Shown here piece after piece: positions 39,867 through 48,783 of a DNA stretch of 52,021 nt. The stretch is taken from sequence record DRR723986_750; one strand, 5' to 3'. The notes beneath the pieces are model-generated. The model made no database searches, was not told the origin of the DNA, and saw only the letters and a program-made list of their open reading frames with translations. The first letter of the stretch is position 1. Every line of letters begins with the position of its first letter. Position numbers and translations under genes: made by a program.

Positions 39867-41492
39867 TCAGCCGGCGGGCTCCGTGTAGACACCGGCAATA
39901 CCCACGGCATCTGCATACTGGCCAATCAACTCAAGCAATTTTGGTGTCAGCTCGGCGCTCAGAGGTTTGCCATCGAGTGCAGCCAATACGCCGACCAATT
40001 GAGGCATCGGTTTGGCCGCCCGTACCATAACGATATGGTCCGCACCGAACGGCAGGGCAGCCCTCAAGTTCAACACGTAAGGCTTGGCTGCCTGGACGGT
40101 AGTGTCCTTGCCAAGTGGGTCTGCCTTCTTGTTGGGGGCAAGCAGACGAAGCGTGCCGTCTGCTTCCAGTGCAAACACGGCCATATTGCCTGCCTGGTCC
40201 GATTTAAGACCAACCTTGAACGCATCCCCTTCAGGGATATGCCCAACTGACGGCTGGAGTGTTCCTTCAATAGGCTGGCGCTCACGCGACAAGGCATAAA
40301 GATCGGTCAGAAAACCCCATTTGGTCACAACATCGGAAAACCGGTCGATGTTGGTCGCCTTGCCGCGCAGCACCACGTCGCCAAATTTGGTCAGGACGTC
40401 GCCTTCTTCCACATCCCAGAACAGATCCGCGGTCCCATCTTCAACGACCTTCAGGCGGCCCTCCTGTTTGCCGGCCAACTGCTGCAATACCGGCGTGGCA
40501 GCATTGGTGCTCGCAGACAGGGTCAAGACGCCGTTTTCATGTGCGAATATCTGCTCGTTGACACGCGGCAGGACAGCGGCGCGGTTGTCACCGCTCATGG
40601 TCAGGCTGGGTGACTGGCGCCCCTCCGTTGCGACCCGCACGGTTTCCTTTAGAAACAGGCTGAGTTCTTCCATGGAGATACCGCCATCACGATCCAGATC
40701 CGCCCTTCCCTCGACACCGCGCGCAAAGGCCCAGCTCAAGGCACCGCGCGGTTCACCGGCAATCAAAAGCTCCGGGATGACCTGTCCATCGACTGTAGCG
40801 CCTACGTAGATAACGTTGGGAAGGTCCTGAACGTCGCCTGACTGCTGGGCGTTTCCGGCCAGCATGGGCGGAAGAGGTTGAGAGCGAAGGGCGTCGTTCT
40901 CGAACGGGGGTAAACCAACCAGCCGCGTCCCCAGGCGTGTGATACGCGGGTCCACGGATCGGGTCATTGTGCCCGAGTGGCAGCTATCTGCCAGAACCAG
41001 AACACTGCGCCCCCCTGCAGCCCGGAGCATTGCGGCGATGTCATCGTCTCGCAGTCTCTCGCCATTACCCGGTGCTGCAATATCGAAACCGGCCAGAAGG
41101 AAGACTTCGTCCATGCCGTCTTCTTCCGAACCCTTTACCCACTCGGGCTCCTGCGCCCCGTGCCCGGCATAGGACAAAACAAGAACATCATCAGCATCCG
41201 CGCGGGAAATGAGATCCTGCCACGACGAAAGGATTGCCTGCCTTGACGCATCGGCATCGTATAGCGTGGTCAGGTCGGTAACACCGGCAGCTGTCAGTGT
41301 TTCAGCGATGTCTCGCGCATCATTGACCGCCCCCTTCAAGGGAGAAACGTGCTGATAGGCGTCGACGCCCACAACGAGTGCTCGCCACTGTCCGGCTTCC
41401 GCTGTCGAGCCAAAGCTCACTGCGATGAGAAACAGGCCGCACATTCTGGCCCAGAAATATTGTCTGGACGCCAGGCCAAATGGAACATTCAT
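39867..41492 (-). CDS. Exported metacaspase-like peptidase C14 with C-terminal DUF4384-like domain
   Basis: RALVVGVDAY..LKGAVNDA, SYAGHG, DSCHSG; C-terminal GDAFKVGLKSDQAGNMAVFALEADGTLRLLAPN..PFGADHI. Confidence 0.85.
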   Translation of the reverse strand: MNVPFGLASRQYFWARMCGLFLIAVSFGSTAEAGQWRALVVGVDAYQHVSPLKGAVNDARDIAETLTAAGVTDLTTLYDADASRQAILSSWQDLISRADADDVLVLSYAGHGAQEPEWVKGSEEDGMDEVFLLAGFDIAAPGNGERLRDDDIAAMLRAAGGRSVLVLADSCHSGTMTRSVDPRITRLGTRLVGLPPFENDALRSQPLPPMLAGNAQQSGDVQDLPNVIYVGATVDGQVIPELLIAGEPRGALSWAFARGVEGRADLDRDGGISMEELSLFLKETVRVATEGRQSPSLTMSGDNRAAVLPRVNEQIFAHENGVLTLSASTNAATPVLQQLAGKQEGRLKVVEDGTADLFWDVEEGDVLTKFGDVVLRGKATNIDRFSDVVTKWGFLTDLYALSRERQPIEGTLQPSVGHIPEGDAFKVGLKSDQAGNMAVFALEADGTLRLLAPNKKADPLGKDTTVQAAKPYVLNLRAALPFGADHIVMVRAAKPMPQLVGVLAALDGKPLSAELTPKLLELIGQYADAVGIAGVYTEPAG

Positions 41493-41516
41493 CGGTGTTA
41501 CCTTTTCTGTGCGAGG

Positions 41517-41810
41517 TTAGCCCCAGCTACCGCCGCCGCCGCCGCTTGGGCCACCGCCGCCACCGCCGCCACTTCCGCCGCCGCTGTTGCCGCCACCGCT
41601 ATTTCCGCCACCGCTATTGCCGTTGTTGCGGTCTTGAGCGCTAGGATCGTTGATCGGATCATAGGCAGGTCTCGAAGCCCTATTGGTCGTCGGGCTCGTG
41701 GTCGCAGGCTGCCTGACACCTTGCGGGGCCGGGTTTTGCTGTGTTTGGCATCCTGCCACCATCAGCGTCAGCAGTCCTGTGACTGGCAATAAGTACAAGA
41801 ACGATTTCAT
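41517..41810 (-). CDS. Small lipoprotein with Gly-rich C-terminus
   Basis: Lipobox MVAG-C; NSGGG repeats ending GGGGGSWG. Confidence 0.7.
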   Translation of the reverse strand: MKSFLYLLPVTGLLTLMVAGCQTQQNPAPQGVRQPATTSPTTNRASRPAYDPINDPSAQDRNNGNSGGGNSGGGNSGGGSGGGGGGGPSGGGGGSWG

Positions 41811-41830
41811 CTGAATATCTCCCTCAACGA

Positions 41831-44548
41831 TTAAAACAGATCATATCTGGGACGGTTCTGTTCCCACTGATGCTTTACCAGTGCAATCAGGGCCTCATCG
41901 CCTTCGGAAGGCGCCCGTCCAGAGGCTTCAAAGAAGTCGGCCAGGGCTTCACGGGTTTTCCGTCCCGGCTGCCCGTCAACCGGTCCTGGATCGAAACCGA
42001 GATCGGTCAGGGTCTGTTGCAACACCTTTGCCTTGAGGTTTTTCCGCGCATCGCCGAGAGCGGTCTTTGCCTGCTCGGCAGCCTGCGAAGACGGTTCAAC
42101 AGCCACAGCCATGGCAAGCATGCGAACACGGTCCTGGCCTGCGGCATCGCCATCTTGCTGGCCAAGCATCCACGCGGTGTTGAATGCACCCCAGGGATCT
42201 CCACGCTGGGCACTTTCACGGAACCAGCGAGTTGCCTCTTCCGAGTTTTTCTCAACACCCTGGCCATTGTAGTAAAGCAGTCCGATGGCCGTGCCTGCGG
42301 CAGGGTGCCCGCCTTCATGTGCTTTCATGAACCAGCCAAGTGCTGCTTCATAGTCCTGCGGCACACCTTTACCGTCGCGGTACAGCGTCCCCATGTTCAG
42401 GTAGCCATAAATGTCGTTCCGCGATGCCGAGCGATTGTAGTAATAAACGGCGCGGTCGATGTTTTCTTCCACGTGCTGGCCATTCAGGTAGAAGCCACCA
42501 ATGGCATTGAACGAGAACGTGTGGCCTGCCTCCACCGACTGCAGCAGTTTGTCCAGACCGTCCTTTTCGTTCTGGGCCGTGCCTTCGCCCTTGATCTCGG
42601 CCATACCAAGCGAATGCAGAGCATAGGCGTCTCCCCGCTCCGCAGCCTTGCGGTATAGGTCGACAGCCTTCTCGCGGTCACGATCGATCCCGGCACCCAG
42701 GAAATACATGCGCCCCAGCACCTGGCCGGCACGAACATGTCCCATCTGGTAGGCCTGTTCAAAGTAACCGACAGCCTGTTGCAGGTTACCGGCGGCAAAG
42801 GCTCCACGGCCGCGCTGGAAGACGAACCGGCCGATCTCCGGGTAGGTAGCCATCGCTTCGGCGCAGGCCGTATCCACAGCCGCCGCATCCAGATCGTTGG
42901 CGAGCCGTCCTTCCGTAACCGCCTGCAAATCGAAAGGCTGGGTTGCCAGGCGATCGCATTGCGTTACACGGGGTTGAACGATCTGCGTGATGGTTCTTGC
43001 AGGCGTTCCTTCGACAGCCGGCAATTCCAGAGCAAATTTCCGCGCTTCACTTTCGCTGCCGATCTGCGGACGGACGGTCAACGTCGCGAGCGCAGAAACA
43101 GGAAAACGGTCGCCGGCCTGCAGCAAGCGGTTGTCGGAAGCAAGCTGCAGGTCCGTATCGACAGAGACAACCTTCAGCCAATCGCTTGTTGCCGGCAGAT
43201 CCTCGACGGGCGCATCCGGATAGACGTTTACGGGGCCGGTGCCGATATCAGCTTCTACAGCTCCCTTCGAGGCCGTGTTGCCCAGCCATGACAGGAGAGC
43301 TTCAAGCCGCTTTGTGCGGTTTTCTTCCACCTGCTCGTTTTGCACCGGCGTTTCGGCCTGTGCGACCGTAATTGAGGCGATCGCGGATGCAGAACCACCC
43401 CATTGGTCCTCTACCTCGTAGGAGATCAGTTCCACGTCGCCGGGTTTCGAGCCTTCCGGAAAGAACTCGAGACTGGCAAGCTCTGCCGCATCTATCACGT
43501 CCCCCTCAGCAACGGCCCGGCCTCCCGGCAGCTTCAAGGTACCTTTTTCAGGGAGCAAGGTGAGCTTCGCCTTCAACGTTCCACCTTCCGGCTGAACCGG
43601 TTCGGGGATGCTGATCGGAACGGATTCAGCCGATGCAGATACACTGACCCTGTGATGGGCAGTCACGATCGGAGCCGGTTTGGGCGGTACGAAATAGAAG
43701 CTGGTGACGAGCGTTGAATCCTCATATGGGATCTGCTGGCCGCCGGTCTTGCGAACCACGTCATCGCGAACCTTGGTCATCAGGTCCTTGATCTCGAGCG
43801 CCGGATCAAGAGCATTTTCGACCACAGAAGAGGTGAACGGGCTCATCGGCCCCTTACCGTCGTAGGCAACCTGACCAGGACGCGTGGCATAGGAGATGAA
43901 TGTGCCGAGCTTGTTCGGAATCCGGCGCAGCCCTCTGGTCTTTCCGAGCGAATATTCTTCCTCGCCCCAAAACAGGCTTGCGATTTCGAACGGGTTGTCC
44001 CGGCAGGCGTCAAGCATGACGATCTGCAGGCTGGAAGCGGCCTTCATGTAGTCCAGCAGATGGGACACCTTGAGGCTTTCGAATTCCAGGTCGTATTGAG
44101 AGGACAGTTTGGCGTCGACAGGAAGAATGAAATTGGATTCGCCAACCTGAAGCGCATGACCGGAATAGTAGAACAGCGCCGTGTCGCCGTCATTCAGTTC
44201 CCGCAGAAACCGGCGTACGACCTGCTCCAGATCCTTCTTGTTGAGGTCCGTGCCGATCGTCACATCAAAATCGGCCTCCCGAAGGATCCTGGCGATTTCC
44301 GTCGTGTCCGTAACGGGATTTTCCAGCGGGGTCACATACTGGTATTCCTGGTTGCCGATGACCAGCGCAACCCTGCGCCCGTCCTCGGTCTGTGCCATCG
44401 CCTGGGCGGAAGGCAATGCAAGAGCAGCACCCACCGGCAGGCTCAAAAGGCCCATCCTGACAGCTTTCCTCAACCGGCCAACAGGCTTGGTGGAGGTCAT
44501 AGATTTGCCAACTCGTGTGGCAAGAGGTCGATAATCCCGATTCTGCAT
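41831..44548 (-). CDS. Exported caspase-like peptidase C14 with Sel1 repeats and peptidoglycan-binding domain
   Basis: RVALVIGNQEY, YYSGHA, LDACRDNPF; several Sel1 repeats (e.g. GTLYRDGKGVPQDYEAALGWF); GFDPGPVDGQPGRKTREAL. Confidence 0.9.
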   Translation of the reverse strand: MQNRDYRPLATRVGKSMTSTKPVGRLRKAVRMGLLSLPVGAALALPSAQAMAQTEDGRRVALVIGNQEYQYVTPLENPVTDTTEIARILREADFDVTIGTDLNKKDLEQVVRRFLRELNDGDTALFYYSGHALQVGESNFILPVDAKLSSQYDLEFESLKVSHLLDYMKAASSLQIVMLDACRDNPFEIASLFWGEEEYSLGKTRGLRRIPNKLGTFISYATRPGQVAYDGKGPMSPFTSSVVENALDPALEIKDLMTKVRDDVVRKTGGQQIPYEDSTLVTSFYFVPPKPAPIVTAHHRVSVSASAESVPISIPEPVQPEGGTLKAKLTLLPEKGTLKLPGGRAVAEGDVIDAAELASLEFFPEGSKPGDVELISYEVEDQWGGSASAIASITVAQAETPVQNEQVEENRTKRLEALLSWLGNTASKGAVEADIGTGPVNVYPDAPVEDLPATSDWLKVVSVDTDLQLASDNRLLQAGDRFPVSALATLTVRPQIGSESEARKFALELPAVEGTPARTITQIVQPRVTQCDRLATQPFDLQAVTEGRLANDLDAAAVDTACAEAMATYPEIGRFVFQRGRGAFAAGNLQQAVGYFEQAYQMGHVRAGQVLGRMYFLGAGIDRDREKAVDLYRKAAERGDAYALHSLGMAEIKGEGTAQNEKDGLDKLLQSVEAGHTFSFNAIGGFYLNGQHVEENIDRAVYYYNRSASRNDIYGYLNMGTLYRDGKGVPQDYEAALGWFMKAHEGGHPAAGTAIGLLYYNGQGVEKNSEEATRWFRESAQRGDPWGAFNTAWMLGQQDGDAAGQDRVRMLAMAVAVEPSSQAAEQAKTALGDARKNLKAKVLQQTLTDLGFDPGPVDGQPGRKTREALADFFEASGRAPSEGDEALIALVKHQWEQNRPRYDLF

Positions 44549-44604
44549 AACGTCCTCAGCGCTTAAATCCGCGTGTAACTATCGCGCTAGAGCTGCTGCC
44601 TGTC

Positions 44605-44620
44605 TGTGATGGAACTCACA
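44605..44620. promoter_or_regulatory. Perfect CRP consensus box upstream of the caspase-Sel1 operon
   Basis: TGTGA-TGGAAC-TCACA; GATAGT 21 nt downstream on the minus strand; 56 nt before ATG 44548. Confidence 0.72.
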
Positions 44621-44837
44621 CGGAGGCACTTCCGGCTCCAAAGCGTCCGGCGCCCCCGTCGATCAAATACCCTTAGGGAAAGTGATGCACACTTGTGGGT
44701 CCGACGCAAGGGAGACGACATCAGCAACCGTCAGCTGTTCAGGCAAAGCCGAGGGAATGTGGCCTCAGGCAAGTGTTTCTTTTCATTTCGAGTCATCCTA
44801 CGCTGCTGCAAAAGCCTGCAAATGCTCGGGAGGTCAG

Positions 44838-45689
44838 ATGACAGACGCGTTCAGGATTCGCCAGCTGAAGGAAAGTGAGATTCACATTCCACTCGAATTG
44901 GCGATGGAGGAAGGTTGGAACCCCGGGATTGAAGACGGCCCAGCATTCTTCACTGCCGATCCGAACGGGTATTTTGCCGGCGAAATAGACGGAAAGTTGA
45001 TCAACGTTATTTCGGCAGTCCGCTACGGCGATACATTCGGCTTCATCGGGCTCTATATCTGCAAGCGCGAATTCCGGACCATGGGATACGGCCACCGGAT
45101 CTGGGACCACGCGATGGCATATCTGGGGTCTCGGGTCATCGGTCTGGATGCGGTAAATGAGCAGACCGCAAGTTATGCCCAGCACGGGTTCAAGTCGGTC
45201 TACCGGAACATCCGGCATGCCGGCATCTCAATGTGCGACACGCCCATGGATCCGCGCCTTGCACCACTTGGTCATGGCCTTTTTCCCGGCATACGTGATT
45301 ATGACCGGCGCTTTTTTCCGGCTGAACGCACGCAATTCCTGAAGACCTGGGCCGCCCCCATGCTGGAAACACGGCGCGGCTTTGCCTTTGTCGAAGATGG
45401 TCATGTCAGGGGCTACGGCATAATCCGCCAGTGCCACGAAGGCTACAAGATCGGACCCCTTTTCGCGGATGAGCCGGAAATTGCCGATACCTTGTTCCGC
45501 ACACTTGCCGGACAGGTCAAAGGGCAGACCATTATCCTCGACACGCCCGAACCCAATGCGGCGGCATTGCTGATGGCGGAAAAATACGAGCTGTCACCGG
45601 AATTCGAAACCTTCCGCATGTATCGCGGCCTGGCACCCGATCTGCCTTTGGACCAGCTTTACGGCATCACAACGTTCGAATTGGGCTGA
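44838..45689 (+). CDS. GNAT-family N-acetyltransferase (tandem GNAT)
   Basis: EGWNPG, FIGLYIC..FRTMGYG, YKIGPLFAD, TTFELG. ATG after GGGAGG. Confidence 0.88.
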   Translation: MTDAFRIRQLKESEIHIPLELAMEEGWNPGIEDGPAFFTADPNGYFAGEIDGKLINVISAVRYGDTFGFIGLYICKREFRTMGYGHRIWDHAMAYLGSRVIGLDAVNEQTASYAQHGFKSVYRNIRHAGISMCDTPMDPRLAPLGHGLFPGIRDYDRRFFPAERTQFLKTWAAPMLETRRGFAFVEDGHVRGYGIIRQCHEGYKIGPLFADEPEIADTLFRTLAGQVKGQTIILDTPEPNAAALLMAEKYELSPEFETFRMYRGLAPDLPLDQLYGITTFELG

Positions 45690-45724
45690 GGCGGAAAACT
45701 GCCCCGCCCCCTGTGTGTTTCCAA

Positions 45725-46669
45725 TCAATGCTCGACTGACTGGTACGCAAGAATGGCGCCGGCAAGGTCTTCCAGCGCAGCCCCCACCGACTTGAACATG
45801 GTGATGGCTTCCTCACTCTGCCGGCCGGGATGTTCGCCCCGACAAAGCTCATAAAGGTCTGCCTTGATTTCGCCTGGCGACAATACCCCGGCCTTGATCG
45901 GCTGAACGATATCTCCACCTTCGGAAAGGCACCCATCGCGGGTGTCCACGAAGATCTCTGCCCGCTTGACAAGATCGTCGTCACTCTCGCGCATGCTGGG
46001 CTTGAAGGCCCCCACAAGATCCACATGCGTTCCCGGCTTCAACAAGGCACCCTTGATCAAGGGTTCGGAAGAGAGAGTTGCGGCACTGACGATATCCGCT
46101 TCCCCAAGCGCTTCCTTCAAACTAGTTGCTGACTTCAGTTTCACCGGGAACTGGTCGGCAAGCGAGCGCACGACTTCTTCCGTCTTTTCCCTGGACCGCC
46201 CCCAGATGGTGACTTCGTCAATGGAACGAACGGCCATATGCGCGGCGATCAGATTGGGAGCAAGGCGCCCGGTGCCGAGTACCAGCAGGTGCCGCGCGTC
46301 GGAGCGAGCCAGGTAGCTGGCCGCAAGTGCGGAGGCTGCTGCGGTGCGCCTGGCTGTCAATTCGCCACCGTCGATAAGCGCGAGCATCTCTCCGGTTCGT
46401 GCATCCGACAAAAGGTATTGCGCAGAAATTGCAGGAAGATTGCGCTCCGAATTGCCCGGAACCACATTGACCACCTTTACGCCCGCATATCCGCCCGGCA
46501 CCCAGGCCGGCATCAGCAGCACAGTCGCATCGGGCTCACCGGGTATTTCCATGTCATGATGATGGCGGGTTGGCATCACGCAGCCAGACCGGAACATCTT
46601 TGCCAAAGCGTCTATCAGATCAGGATATGGCAACGCGTCGCGGGTCTGGTCTTCAGTCAAAAGCAGCAT
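45725..46669 (-). CDS. Ornithine cyclodeaminase/mu-crystallin family protein
   Basis: LLMPAW, LTARRTAAASALAA, GTGRLA, FKSVGAALEDLA. Confidence 0.92.
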   Translation of the reverse strand: MLLLTEDQTRDALPYPDLIDALAKMFRSGCVMPTRHHHDMEIPGEPDATVLLMPAWVPGGYAGVKVVNVVPGNSERNLPAISAQYLLSDARTGEMLALIDGGELTARRTAAASALAASYLARSDARHLLVLGTGRLAPNLIAAHMAVRSIDEVTIWGRSREKTEEVVRSLADQFPVKLKSATSLKEALGEADIVSAATLSSEPLIKGALLKPGTHVDLVGAFKPSMRESDDDLVKRAEIFVDTRDGCLSEGGDIVQPIKAGVLSPGEIKADLYELCRGEHPGRQSEEAITMFKSVGAALEDLAGAILAYQSVEH

Positions 46670-46771
46670 GTTGGGCCAATCTGTTAAGTGTTAACTTTAT
46701 TGATACAAATCATATTCCCCGGAGCAGTCCAAGCATTTGCTCGGACGAAAAACTCCAGGAGAGCGTAATTT

Positions 46772-47872
46772 TCAGGACAAGTCGAAGATCATCATTACAT
46801 AGGCGGCGAACAGTGCCAGATGAACCGCGCCCTGGAGATAGTTCGTCGCCCTGCTGCCGAACGTCAACAGGCTTATGAACAGGGTCAGCACGAGCATGAT
46901 GATGTCGGCAGGTTCCAGGCCGAGTTCAATCTTGAGTCCTGTCACCCAACTCACGAGAAGAACGGCCGGCACTGTCAGACCAATGGTCGCCACCGCAGAT
47001 CCAAGGCAGATATTTACAGCGCGCTGAAGCTTGTTATCACGTGCGGCCTGCAATGCGCTGAGCCCCTCGGGCATCAGCACAAGTGCTGCAACAATGAACC
47101 CACTCAATGCCAGCGGTGCTCCCAGCCCCTCGATACCGAATTCCACATAGAGCGCGAGCTTCTTCGACAGGAGGATGATCGGAAGAAGTGCTCCAAACAG
47201 GCCGATGATGTGAAACGGTATCGACCGGACGACCACACCATGATGCCCTTCATCATGGCCGTCATCATCGGGCTGACGAAAGATATCGCTGTGCGTGACC
47301 GTCTGGATCGCCAGAAACACGCCGTACAGCAGAAGGCACATGACGACATCGAACGCTGCCTGTAGCGGAGACAGTTCTCCGCCAGGAGCGGAATGGGTGA
47401 TACGCGGCAACACGAGCGCAAAGATTGCCAGAGGCACAAGCACCGAAAGGAACGCATTCGCGCCTTGCAGATTATAGGTCTGGTTCCTGTGGCGCAGGCC
47501 GCCTGCCAAAAGACACAGGCCAACCAGCCCGTTCAGGACAATCATCACGACCGAGAACATCGTGTTGCGTGCCATCGTCGGAATGGCGTCGCCCGACAGC
47601 ATGATCGCAACAATCAGCGCAACTTCGATCCCGATGACCGCAAGGGTCAGGATCAAGGTACCGAAGGGTTCGCCAAGCAGGGTTGCCAGGCATTCCGCGT
47701 GCCGGACGACCGAAAAGGCGCACCACATAACCGTGACGAATATGACCGCCAGTAGCAACAGCGACGGGACAATCCCGATCGTTTCCGGTTTCAAGGCATC
47801 GCCCGCGAAGGTGAAGGCGGCAAAGACCGCAAATCCCATAAGGCTCGGCAATTCCGATTTGAGGCTGGTCAC
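46772..47872 (-). CDS. chaA: Ca2+/H+ antiporter
   Basis: VVRHAECLA..GEPFGTLILTLAVIGIEV; PEGLSA..NICLGS. Confidence 0.9.
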   Translation of the reverse strand: MTSLKSELPSLMGFAVFAAFTFAGDALKPETIGIVPSLLLLAVIFVTVMWCAFSVVRHAECLATLLGEPFGTLILTLAVIGIEVALIVAIMLSGDAIPTMARNTMFSVVMIVLNGLVGLCLLAGGLRHRNQTYNLQGANAFLSVLVPLAIFALVLPRITHSAPGGELSPLQAAFDVVMCLLLYGVFLAIQTVTHSDIFRQPDDDGHDEGHHGVVVRSIPFHIIGLFGALLPIILLSKKLALYVEFGIEGLGAPLALSGFIVAALVLMPEGLSALQAARDNKLQRAVNICLGSAVATIGLTVPAVLLVSWVTGLKIELGLEPADIIMLVLTLFISLLTFGSRATNYLQGAVHLALFAAYVMMIFDLS

Positions 47873-47951
47873 AAAGAAACCCGATAAAAAATGAAAACAG
47901 TCTGGACAGACTATAGGCCGCCGCCGCCGCCTTCAACCGATGCCGGCAGAC

Positions 47952-47980
47952 AAAAAAGGCCGGCGCTTGGCACCGGCCTT
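47952..47980 (-). terminator. Terminator of the ABC transporter operon
   Basis: AAGGCCGG..CCGGCCTT stem with an A6 run on + (U-tract on -). Confidence 0.7.
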
Positions 47981-48003
47981 CAGCTTCTGAAATGTCCGCA
48001 GGG

Positions 48004-48783
48004 TCAGATCGCCAGGTATTCCTGACGCAGCTGCGGATTGTCGAGGACTTCCTGTGCCGATCCGTCGAACACGACCTCTCCCATGTCCAGAATGACCGCC
48101 CTGTCAGCAAGGTGAAGCGCCGCGATTGCGTTCTGTTCAACAATGATGGTCGTGATGCCGAGATCCTTCACGCCTTCGAGGATGCGCTCGATCTCCTGAA
48201 CGATCACCGGTGCGAGGCCTTCATAGGGCTCATCCAGCAACAGCAGCTTGATGTCGCGCGCGAGGATACGTGCAACAGCCAGCATCTGCTGTTCGCCGCC
48301 GGACATGGTGATGGCGTCCTGCGACCGTCGTTCGGCCAACCTCGGGAAATGCTCGTAGATACGCTCGATCGACCATCCGACCGGCTCGGCAATCTGCGAA
48401 AGCTCCAGGTTCTCCTGAACCGTCAGTCCCGGAATGATGCGTCTGTCTTCCGGGACGAGGCCGACGCCCTGACGGGCTGCCTGAAAGCTCTTCATGGTGT
48501 GAAGCGGCTTGTGATCGAGCCACACCTCGCCATGTTTCAGTTGCGGATCCTCCATTCGGGCGATTGCCCGCAACGTCGATGTCTTGCCAGCGCCATTGCG
48601 GCCCAGAAGTGCCAGGATCTCGCCCTCACGAATGTCAAAACTGACACCCTGAACGATATAGCTTTCGCCGTAATAGGCATGCAGGTCCCACGCAGAGAAA
48701 AATGCGGGGGCGCCGCCCTGAGATTTGCGCGGCGGGACGCCGGGAGCGGACCGGCCGCTGAACTGATCGTCAAGTAGGGTCAC
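48004..48783 (-). CDS. Liv-type ABC transporter ATP-binding protein (LivF-like)
   Basis: GRNGAGKT, MSGGEQQML, LLLDEP, VEQN. Confidence 0.93.
   Translation of the reverse strand: MTLLDDQFSGRSAPGVPPRKSQGGAPAFFSAWDLHAYYGESYIVQGVSFDIREGEILALLGRNGAGKTSTLRAIARMEDPQLKHGEVWLDHKPLHTMKSFQAARQGVGLVPEDRRIIPGLTVQENLELSQIAEPVGWSIERIYEHFPRLAERRSQDAITMSGGEQQMLAVARILARDIKLLLLDEPYEGLAPVIVQEIERILEGVKDLGITTIIVEQNAIAALHLADRAVILDMGEVVFDGSAQEVLDNPQLRQEYLAI

Noticed and set aside
41517-41810. Lipoprotein as TssJ
   Set aside because: Too short and Gly-rich for the TssJ beta-sandwich, and far from tssKLM.
1-44800. Active integrative element or prophage at the tRNA
   Set aside because: No integrase, transposase or att repeat seen by eye; the phage-like genes are T6SS components.
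44682-44837. Longer N-termini from the ORF track for GNAT (also vgrG, ompA, tssA, hcp, tssG and the EF-like gene)
   Set aside because: Downstream starts have clear RBSs or stop-start overlaps, and the extensions run through promoter regions.
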